Part shown: piece after piece, positions 25,901 to 37,900 of the stretch | Position numbering within the stretch: the first letter of the stretch is position 1 | Layout: each line of letters opens with the position of its first letter | NCBI GenBank assembly: GCA_038087875.1 | Contig: CM075992.1 | Span: 7,070,001-7,134,000 of the forward strand | DNA: 64,000 nucleotides | Direction of reading: 5' to 3' | Source: Malacoraja senta | Taxonomy: Eukaryota | Position numbers and translations under genes: made by a program | Notes under the pieces: model-generated | Told to the model about the DNA's origin: nothing | The model's database searches: none | The model's input: the letters and a program-made list of their open reading frames with translations, nothing else

Positions 25901-28900
25901 CTGCTGCACCCGCTGAGTTTCTCCAGCACTTTTGTCTAAAAACAGATACTATTGTCTCTTAAGAATGCTGCTTTGACTGTAGGTGGCCATTGAAATTGAT
26001 AAGCAATCACTTTTAATGACACTTGTGCAAGGATACTGGGCTAAACAATATAACATGCTGCCATCAGTCGTCAAGAGATAAAAGTGTTTCATGTTTAAGA
26101 AGGAACTGCAGATGCTGGAAAATCAAAGGTAGACAAAAATGCCGGAGAAACTCACCGGGTGAAGCAGCATCGATGGAGCCAGCATCTCCATGGATGCTGC
26201 CTCACCCGCTGAGTTTCTCCAGCATTTTTGTTTACCCAAGAGTGTTTCATTGTCATTTGTCCCAGATAGAACAATGAAATTCTTAGGTAGACACAAAAAG
26301 ATGGAGTAACTCACCTGGACAGGCAGCATCTCTGGAGAGAAGGAATTGGCAAAGTTTTGGGTAGAGACCCATCCTCAGGCTGAAATTGAAATTCTTACTT
26401 GCGGCAGCACAACAGAACATAAAGACGGCGCCTGTCTGTGGCGACATGTTGCAAGCAGCACAACCAAAAATAATCAAATATAGCAGTGTACCTTGAGCTT
26501 GCAGTAATAAAAGTAAACTTATTGCTATTGAAATGACTTTAATTTTTGAAAATTCTGTTGAAAAAATAACTTCAATATTGCGATTCTGAAACTCTCAAAC
26601 CCCCTTTCCCTATTGACGCAATTATTTTAATAACACAAGGCTTGAAAAAGCACAACTATCAGGTTATATCAGAACTACCTGTACTTGATTTCTCTTTTGA
26701 GCAACAATAACAGGCGCAATGGGAACAGTACATTATAATTGACAAGCATCTGCAGTTCTTTCCTATACATAATTGACGACAAGTGGCTCAGCGTGTCACA
26801 TGATATCTCTTGCAATATTTTCATTACAATTAAATAGCAACCTGCAACAAATGTGTTGCTGTGCTTAGTTTAACTCCAGCTGAATATCAGGATCTGAATG
26901 TGCTTGACGTGCGTCTTTCATTCCACCCACTCACTCATTTACGCAACAAAGTTATGGGGAATTTTTATTCTAAAAATCTGCTAAAATGTTAGGCCATTTT
27001 ATGGCAAATCTTACGCTGTTAAATCTAGGCACTGTAAGATTCCAATAATCCACGATCCGACTTGGTAAATCCTGATTGACTTGCACCTACTTCCCATTTA
27101 GCTCTGATGAAAGAAATGAATAAGACAAATGTCTAAACTGCTACTTTAAAAAAGGCAGGTCTGAAGGTCTGAAGAAAGGTCACAACGCGAAACGACACCT
27201 ATCCATGTTCTCCAGAGATGCTGCCTGACCCGCTGAGTTACTCCAGCACTTTGTGTCTTTTATCACCATTGATTACGTTACATACCCCAGGCAAGTGGGA
27301 AACATTTGTTTCTCATTCTACTTCTGCGCTCCCCATTCACCAGTTCCCACACTCCCGGAGGCCATGTTCCCACAAGTGGGACCCTGTTCCCACACTTCCT
27401 GAGACCCTGCCCCTACCTCCTTGGGGCCCCGTTTCCACACACCCCCCTCCACTCCTCGGAGCCCTGTTCCCACAGTCCCCCTTCACTCCCCAGGGCCATT
27501 ATCACTACGATACAATAGAACATTATTCATCCCAGGAGGGAAATTGATCTGCCAACAGTCATAAGAACACAAGATACGTGAAACATGAAATTAAAGTGAC
27601 GAGTGGAAAGGATTGGTGATGTGCAAAGATTTGGGGAGGGAGGGGGAAGGGGAGTCATAGAAACATAGAAAATAGGTGCAGGAGTAGGCCATTCGGCCCT
27701 TCGATATGATCATGGCTGTTCATCCAACTCAGTATCCTGTACCTGCCGTCTCTCCATACCTCCTGATCACTTTAGCCACAAGGGCCACATCTAACTCCCT
27801 CTTAAATATAGCCAATGAACTGGCCTCAACCACCTTCTGTGGCAGAGAATTCCAGAGATTCACCACTCTCTGTGTGAAAAATGTTTTTCTCATCTCAGTC
27901 CTAAAAGACTTCCCCCTTATCCTTAAACTGTGACCCCTTGTTCTGGACTTCCCCAACATCGGGAACAATCTTCCCGCATCTAGCCAGTCTAACCCCTTAA
28001 GAATTTTGTAAGTTTCTATAAGATCCCCCCTCAATCTTCTAAATTCTAGCGAGTACAAGCCGAGTATCCAGTCTTTCTTCATATGAAAGTCCTGCCATCC
28101 CAGGTCTGTTGAACCTTCTCTGTACTCCCTCTATGGCAAGAATGTCTTTCCTCAGATTAGGAGACCAAAACTATACACAATACTCCAGGTGTGGTCTCAC
28201 CAAGGCCCTGTTCAACTGCAGTAGAACCTCCCTGCTCCTATACTCAAATCCTTTTGCTATGAATGCTAACATACCAGAGTCAGTCTACCCCACGACAGAA
28301 GGGGGAGGAATAGTAGTTTGATTGCCACAGGGAAGAAGGATCTCCTGTGGTGTCCTCTCCACTTCACTCCCAGGGTCCATTCCCACTCTCCCCGTCCACT
28401 ACCGAGGCCCATCTCCACTTTCCCCCTCTACTCCCCGGAGCCCCGTTCACACATTCCCACTCCCTGGGAACCCAGTCCCACATTCCCTGGGGCTGCATTC
28501 CCACACTTTCCATCAACTCGCCAGGGCCCTGTTTCCCGTGCTTCCTTCCTACTTGTCAGAAATACTTATATTCCCCCTGTAATATCCTGCAATGACAATG
28601 TTATTGCAGAGTTGTTTGAGCCTGTAGTTTTGATTGCACTATCAGTATAAATACTTAACAGACCCAACTCCAGTGTTATTACTTAATACCAAGTAAAAGC
28701 AAGATAAATTACATAAAATCCCAACAGGATCTGTTAGCTGCAACATGCTGTGATTTGATCATTTTAAGTGCCAAGTCTTGTTGAATTTACTGTAGAACTG
28801 GTTAATCAACATTCAGTGTATTTGACAAGTATCCAAAAGAAAGATTATTTTGGAAATAGTTCCAAAAAGGAAATGACTCCAACCCACCAGTTTAAATGTT

Positions 28901-31900
28901 GAGCAAACGTTAATATTTAATTAACATGAGAAACATAAGTAAGGCCTTATTCATTATCTTTTACTGCCTTTGGAGCCCTGCCTAGAATTGCATTGGCTGC
29001 TTTAACGATCCATAGCCACTTACCGTGTAGCCCACTGGTGTCTCCAGCGACGAACTGGGTTTCTGCTGGCAGCTGATGTGGTAAAAGGTGAAGAGCATGT
29101 GATGATTATCTGTCAGGTTCGCTGGGATTTTCATTTTAATTTCCTCGTAAAACTCTGGAGATCTGTGGAAAAACAAGAACATTGAACATGACGTCCGTGC
29201 CGAACATGACGCAAAGTTAAACTAATCTCCTCTACATGCACGTGATCCATATATCACTCTAGTCTCTGCATATCCATGTGCCTATCTAAGGTGGACACAA
29301 AAAGCTGGAGTAACTCAGCAGGTCAGACAGCATCTCTGCAGAAAAGGAAGAGATGATGTTTCGGGTCTTCAGAGAAGCCTATCTAAGGGCCTCAAATGCC
29401 ACATAAAGATCACACAATGTGTCAGATTTTGTGTGATATTCTGGTAAGTAAGCAAATACGAATGTGGATGCGTCATTCACTTTCATCCCAGAATTTATTC
29501 TCCTGGAAGCAGATCTGACCTGTCACTGAGATGAATGGGTCAGAGCCAGCGGGGATTGGGGACGGGCTGATCTGGAGCTTGTTTGGCTGTTGAAAATGGG
29601 CACATAAAGCATTATGTTCATCCAGTAGAGATGCGCCCTTGCCCCCAACTTCACTGAGTAGACTCCTTAAATTATTCTAATATTTTACACTAATAGACAT
29701 GAGGCCACCAGACTAGATAGTTGCATTTTGCTTCCCACTCTTTTTGAATAAGGCTATCACTTTGGCAGATTTCCAATCATCTGGTACTTCTCCAAACACT
29801 TTTAGAATACGACAACCAATGCGTTCACTATCTGTGTCGCCACATCTATCATCTCCAAGGGACTTATCAGTCTTTAACACTGTTAGTCTGCTTTATACTA
29901 CCCCTCTACGATGGTATTTAAGTCCTCCCTGTATTTCTTGTCATTATTGCTTGAGACTTGTATCAATTTAATGACAGCAGGCCAGTGATGAGTTTGAGTC
30001 TTAGAGTCACACAGCATGAAAGCAGACCCAACATATCCATGCCAACTAAGGTGCCTCATCTAAGCTAGTCCCATTTGCTCACATTTGGCCCATGTATCTC
30101 ACTAAACCTTTCCTATCCATGTACCTGTCCAGATATCTTTTAAATGTTATTGTACTTGCCTCAATATTTCCTCTGACGGCTCTGAAGACTTACTAGTTCT
30201 AGTTCTGCTTATATAGTTAAATTCACTGTACCTCAGTACACTTGACAATAAACTGAACTGAACTGAAATGGTCGTTGGTTCTGATGGCCAAGACTCATAC
30301 ACAAAGAATTGGTATTTAGTTTGTGGAAACGGTCACCAAACTTCAAAGTGGGTGGTTTTTCAAACTCCATACAGACAGTACCCGTAGCCAGGATTGAGCC
30401 CACGTTTCTCGCACAGTAAGGCAGCATGGAGTGGAGTGGGTGTAACCTCAAATAAAAGGTTTGCAGTCTGCTCTAAAAAACTATTTTAAGAGAGCCCCTG
30501 TCAATAAACTTCACCACTTAGCTACTTCCCATCTTTAATTCCCAATATCTTCTTCAGGCATTCTATATCAATATTCAGAGTGAAGCAAGTCAACTTATTA
30601 ATCAACAACAAATTATCCAGCGCTGGAATGAAGATGATGCAACAGAGTGATTGAGGGAAAACAGTGACGTTTGGGCTGCTGATAACTGGACAAGATGGGA
30701 CGGGGGACACTAAATCACTTTCCACAGTTAGTTATGATGTGTAAGGTCGCAGGCAACGTCATTAGAGTAGCTAGTTTTATTGATCCAATTTGTGATCTGC
30801 GTCTGTGAGCTGACTACTTCAGATTATATAAGCAAGACTCAAAGATTACAAAGGTTGAATCGGCTGAGGGTTTGGTTGTTAAGGCGGGCTACTGATTTAG
30901 TCCTTTGCAGAACCTCTCATGGTCTCTGGCAGTGCACAGATTAAAGTGCTGCGAAGGTGCAAGGTGACACAACAGCAACTCTCCATTATTCAGCTGCACC
31001 ATGCAAGGGATGTCCTAAGCAACATGGTGGGGTTGCTGCCTTACAGCGCGAGAAACGTGGGCTCAATCCTGGCTATGGGCACTGTCTGTACAGAGTTTGT
31101 ATGTTCTCCCTATGACATGTGTGTGTTTTCTCCAGGTGCTCTGGTTTACTCCACACTCCAACGATGTACAGGTTTGTGGGATAATTGATCGGTAAAATTG
31201 TAAATTGTCCCTCGTGTGTGTGTAGGATAATGTTAGTGTGCAGGGATCGCTGGTCAGCATGGATTCAGTGGGCCAAATGGCCTGTTTCCGCGCTGTATCG
31301 CTAAACTAAACTATAGAACTTAGTCTTTCCATGGAGGCAAATAACTGAAGATCTTCCATGGACAGCTGACATAGTCACACTAACAAAAGAAGGTGCAGTT
31401 TATTTTTGGCACTGCAGCAACAAGCAGAAACATCTGTATAGCATGTAATTCTCTTGTATGACTTAAGATAAGGAACTCACTTGTTGTGGTACACCACAGC
31501 AGAATATGCTTCTCTTGAAAATTCAGCACAGCTGGACTTCCCAAAGATAACCTGCATTTATACAGAAAGCAGAAACAAATAGTTAGGATGTACTGTGCAG
31601 GACAGGCACTCCAGCTGATGCCGATTAGATCATAGAAATCAAAACCATCAAAGCAAGTCACAAATTTTTGGCCTTGCATCTGAAACAAAGTGGAAGCTAC
31701 TGAAAGAATCTAGTGGATGTAAGAGTGGCAGCATACAGAGAGGGCTTTATATAAAACCATGTCTTAGGTGAAATGCAGTAGAAAGGGAAGACAAATGGAT
31801 AGATACTCAAAGCCAACACCGAACAGCGAAGAAAGGAGTGGTGAGAAACAAGACCTTGTACCTGAAGACCCATGAGACTGCAGATGCTAGAATCTCGAGG

Positions 31901-34900
31901 AAAAAAAAATCTACAAGAGGAACTCAATGGGTCAAGCAAGCTCTATGGAGGCTAAGAAATGCATAGAGCACAGAAATGTACAGCACAGGAACAGGACATT
32001 TGGCCCATAACGTCTGTGTTGAATATGATGCCAAGAGAAACTAATCTCATCTGCTTGCATGTGATCCATGTTCCTCCATTCCTTGCATGTCCATGTATCT
32101 ATACAAAAGCCTCTTAAAACGGCTGATGTTTGACTATCAAGACAAATTTGTTTTCTCTTTCGCATTCTGGTGAGAGGTCTTTGATCTGAAACATAAACTT
32201 TCTCCATCCATATCTGCTGCATGACCTGTTGAGTTTTTCTAGCATTTTCTGTTCATGAAAGAAATGGGCTTGGAGAGGTCAGAAACAGAAAAATATGCAG
32301 CTCCACATGTGAAGATAGTGCTGGGTGCCTGATCCTAGTTACTAAGGAGCCATCCTGTTACGAGAAATTTTGTGTGTGAGTCTTGTTCTCAGGCCTTGCT
32401 TACTACTTGAGCTCTTGCGACGAAAGAACTGTGGACATGATATAGAGCTAGCATGATATGGGTGGCACAGTGACACAGCAGCAGAGTTGCTGCCTTACAG
32501 CACTTGCAGCGCCGGAGATCCGGGTTCGATCCCGACCACGGGTGTTGTCTGTACAGAGTTTGTACATTCTCCCTGTGATCTGCATGGGTTTTCACCGACA
32601 TCTTTGGTTTCCTCCCACACTCCAAAGACGCACAGGTCTGTAGGTTAATTTACTTGGTATAAGTGTATAAGTGTAAAATTGTCCCTAGTGTGTGCAGGAT
32701 ATGTGGGGATCGCCGGTCGGTGTGGGCTCAGTGGGCCGAAGGGCCTGTTTCAACACTGTATCTCTAAACTAAACTATAGATAACCAGTGAACCAGTCTAG
32801 TAAAGAATCATCACTATTAACAGAAAATAGTCAAATGGAAAGAACAAACCTTAAGGTGGATATAGATTATAAATTTCACTGCAGGCAGCAAGTGAAGCCA
32901 AATTCCAGATCGAAGAAAGTTTATGATTTCAACATCAAACGGAGAATTAATTAATTAACACATCTGATATTTCACACAGATCCTGTGGGAGTAAAAGTTC
33001 TTGCGATTTTCTCAAGCATCGATGATTGAGCTTTAAATAGTATAGGTACAGCAGCAAGTACAATATGTACTTCTGCAAAGTATCCACACTGTAAAACTGT
33101 ACAAATGCAGGTGAAAATTAGTTATATAACTTGATCAGTATTAATAAGCAAAGGGTGAAATCAGTGTGAAAGGAGCATGCTGGCTCACTAAACATGGGAA
33201 AGTCTCATGCTTGGGCGTTAGGTATTAAATAACTCTTCCCACAGTTAAACTTTGATGAAGTCTAACCTGCTCCCGTCAAACACAGAACCCATTGTCAGGG
33301 AAAGCTTCTAAAGTAAGATCTCTCTCGACCCTCTGGCTTCCAGCATCTCCGTCTATTGCACGTATCGTCTTTATTTTGATACTATGTTTATTCATTAACA
33401 AAACCTCATTCCTTTTCTTCCGTGTGCAGGTTCTAATTCTCCACACTCCTCTTCCTCCCCGTGCTCAAGTCATGATTTTATTGCACTGTCTCACATGTAT
33501 TCTTTCCGAGAAGCTCAAAGTTTCAGGGCAATATTAAAGGAGCTATGCTCGGCAAGGCCAGCAGCATAATCAAGGACAAGTCGCACTCCCTCTTCTCCCT
33601 TCTCACATTGGACAAAAGATATAGAAGTGTGAAAATGCACACCTCCAGATTCAGAGACAGTTTCTTCCCAGCTGTTATCAGGCAACTGAACCATCCTCCC
33701 ACAACTAGAGAGCAGTCCTGAACTACTATCTACTTCACTGGAGACCCTCGGACTATCTTTGATCAGACTTTGCTGGCTTTATCTTGCACTAAGCGTTATT
33801 CCCTTATAATGTATCAGTACAATGTGCTTGATTGTAATCATGTGTTGTCTTTCTGCTGACTGGTTAGCACGCCACAAAAGCTTTTCACTGTACCTTGGTA
33901 CATGTGACAATAAACTAAAGTAAACTAATCTTCATTTGACATTCAACCATTAGCCTGATGAGATGGAAATGAAAGATTCTATAATGACCAACATCCATTG
34001 ACAATAATAGAAACAGGTTCAAGAAACAGTTCTATTATTGACATTCTGAGTATTTTTGACAATTTGCAGGACTTCAAAACTAATGAAGAGCACACAATGT
34101 TATCCTATATATTTGTGAGACTAAACATTAATGAACTAAGTATTTTTTTTAACGTGCTTTTATCCCGAGTCTCAAAATTAAAGCTTGATAGCATCAAGCT
34201 GATTTATCCCTTTTGCAAGGGTGATCATCTCATTTGGACTTCTCAATAATTAATAAGGACTGCATTGGTTTTGCAATATGTGCTTTGATGGCATGACTAA
34301 ACAGGCATGGTGCAAACATACGTTTGCAGAATAAAGCTGCAAGGCATTGATGCAAAAAGCTTTTTACCGGCATGGCGCTGTTGGAATCCTCTCCTGCCAT
34401 GAACTGGATCTTCACTGTTATGTTCCGCACAGAGCCTTGGCGGCTGCTGAAGTTCAAACTCTGTGGGTAGACATAGACCAGGTTCCTAAGGCAACAGTGA
34501 GAGTGGGTTAGGGTGAGCAACACACATTCAAAATAAAGCCGCAAACCAGACTTGCCAATTACTAACTCTTTATTGGTACCTGATTGAAAGATACAGCATG
34601 GAAACAGCCCAGCTAATCCACGTCGACCCTCATTCACCCATTCACACGAGTTCAATGTTATCCGACTTACGTATGCACTCCTTACACACTGGGGGCAATT
34701 TTACAGAGGGCCAATTAACCTACAAGACTACACGTCTTTGCGATGTGGGAGGAAACCAACATACCCGGAGGAAACCCATGCGGCCACAGGAAGAACGTGC
34801 AAACTCCACAAAACAGCAACCAAAATCAGGATTGAACCCGGGTCTCTGGCACTGTGATACAACGGCTCTATCTGCTACACCATGAATCCGCTCATACTTA

Positions 34901-37900
34901 AATATCCAGGCAAAAGTAAACCTCAGAAATAGAATCTCCCTTCTCAGGTGCCATCTCTTTGGATAGGGAAGCAAAAGTGTACAACTATTAACACGAAATG
35001 TTTAAGAAGGAACTGCAGATGCTGGAAAAATCGAAGGTAGACAAAAATGCTGGGGAAACTCAGCGGGTGAGGCAGCATCAATGGAGCGAAGGAATAGGTG
35101 ACGTTTCGGGTGGAGACCCTTCTTCAGACTGATGTGTCTGAAGTCTGAAGAAGAGCCAAAACATCACCTATTCCTTCGTTCCATAGATGCTGCCTCACCC
35201 GCTGAGTTTCTCCAGCATTTTTGTGTACCAACTATCAATACAAAGTAATTTACCTCCTCCATGCAATGTAATGAAAGCTGTAATGAAAATCAAATCAAGC
35301 TTTGCTTGTACAGCTCCTTTCACATCCTTGAGATGCTCTGAATTTCAGCTAATTAATTATTTCTGCTGTAATAATTTACACCTTGTGGATTAACGCTTTG
35401 AACAGCTACTCCTGAAATGCATACTGTGGTGTCTACATATATAAATAAGGCCCTGACATTTGTTCAAAATCAGGCTGCCCCCATGGCTGCCATTGGCATC
35501 TATTATTAAATGGCAACACTTATCTTTTGCAACTAGCTTGAAACTTCTCTCACCTTAATGTAGATGAAAATAAACTATAGCTAAAAACAAATCCCTGTTG
35601 TATTTATGAAACTCCAATTTAACTGCTATAAACCACGATGTATCAGCTTGAATCCTTAAAAGAGGTACATATCAAACAAGTATTTAATACAATTCTTGGA
35701 TGAATTATAGAAGGGATGAATACATTTGAGGGTACGACTCTCATTTTTGGGAGCTGATTGCATACATTATTGCCAAAATCCAGTTCAGCAATGTATATTA
35801 TTGTGGAAAGTAATACCCAGGCAGTCACAGCTGTCTTTGTATAAAATGTATTCATCAAACTTCTTGTTTGACAGGTGGGAGAATATTAAAATGGTCACTA
35901 TTTGGCCTGCTGATTTACATCAAGCTCACTAACAAACGGCCTTACCTCTCTTTATGATAAATTAATGCTCGGCAGACTTGAACCAAGTGAGGGAGAAATT
36001 AGGTCCAATAGTAAATAAATTGTCACACGCGCATAAATATGTGTCAAATGCACCAACTTCTTTAACATTCTTACTAGGAAAATTCCATTTAAATTATGCA
36101 CTCACTTCCCTGCTACCTGGACTGTTACCGTTATTAGCTTTTAATTTGCAGTTTCATACATTCAACAGGTTCTTTTTTATTCAAGTTATTCAAGTTTTAC
36201 ATCGTGTTCCTTCCCATCAAATATAAGTTTCTGTCTTTATTTATTTATTGATTATTAATCCAAGACTGCTAAAGGTCATTGTCCTGGAAAATTAAATGCT
36301 CTGTCCTCCACAGATGCTGACTGACCTGTTTCCGATATTTACTATATACTATTTTTATTTCAGATTTTTCACATTTTACAAATTTTCTTTTTAAGTTTGT
36401 ACACAGGCAGGTTAATATCCGGAGAGCAGACGTAATGTGCTTTTAAGTATACGTGTTATCAAGGTTTATTCTTCATTTGCTTTTTTCCTGATTAAACTAC
36501 CTGGCATATTAGTGGGCTGTTTCGAGAGCAATGTTGTGAAAGTGACTTTTTGGGTTAATCATGGGAGAACGCCTTGAAACTTAGAAAGTAGAGAAATTGA
36601 AAAAAATAATTGATGCACACAGAAAAATCAATGATGCAGGCATGCAGTGTGATTATATTTTTATTGGTAGGGTTTGGGCAGCACGAACAAGACTGATATC
36701 AACAAGGAGCCGCAGATGCTGGTTTAGCAAAAAAGGACACAACATGCTGGAGTAACACAGTGGGCCAGGCAGCATCTCTGGAGAAAATGGATAGGTGTCC
36801 CGACCCAAAATGTCACCTATCCATGTTCTCCAGAGATACTGCCTGACCCACTGGGTTACTCCAGCAACCTTTGGTTTGTTAACAAGACCTGCATTTATTG
36901 CCCTTTCTAAATTGCCTTAATCAAAGTGAACACCGTTTGTAAAACTTCATTATATCACAATTTTATGGAGTGTAATAATAAGTCCATAATTTTAGTTTAT
37001 TGTCACGTGTACCGAGGTACAGTGAAAAGCTTTTGATAATATTTTGAAAATAGTTAGCCATCGAGCACATCCCTTTATAGGTAAAATCCTATGAATTTTC
37101 TGCAAGCATTGACATTGATTGTCATTGTTCCTTTGATAATGTTGCACTGAGTGAGGAATAAAGGAACATAAAGACATTTCATGCAACATACTTTACAGTG
37201 CACTGGAGCCAAGCACTTGGCAAATATTCAATCCCCAGTGGGGTTAAACACACTCATTCGTGATAGTTAAAGTTAATAATTCCTGACAATTATCCAGAAA
37301 GGTATTGAAGTTTCTGTTGGTCAATGCAGGAGCACGGACATTTTAAAATGAGCTTTTCTACTGCTTTAAGTATGTTAGGTAAATGCTCAAGAAGCTGGTA
37401 TTGCCATCTGCTCCTACAGCTGCCATTGTTCACTATGCCTGAAGGGTTACGGTTCAACATGTATTCTGCTCTAGTCCCCAGGCATCACTGTAACCCCCAT
37501 TTCTCCATTTCCACACGTGGAACAGATAGAATTCAACAAACTGGACTATCTGTGGGGATACACACACCTCAAGTTGCTGGAATTAAACATGATTGAGATG
37601 TTCAATTGTGCATCTTATTTCTTTTAAAGATTTCAATTTTTTGTTTGACACCATTTACAAACTGCAAAATCTCTCACACTCCTGACAGTTGCCACATGCA
37701 GGGAATCTTGCTCATATTTTATAGCTTGCAAAAGGAATCCTTGCACATCAGTTTCGCTCTCATTTTATTTCAAAACAAAACATTGTACAAATTAACATAC
37801 GTTGACAATGGTTCTCTTAATAAAATTATCCATATAAATGGCCAAATCCACCCTGAAGATTCATAATGATAGAACACAGAACATTACAGCTCAGTATCAG

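Noticed and set aside
35726..35932. + strand FDRWENIK resembling the ANGPTL fibrinogen motif WENYKxGFG
   Set aside because: The match is too short, with no GFG, no EFWLG and no exon structure.
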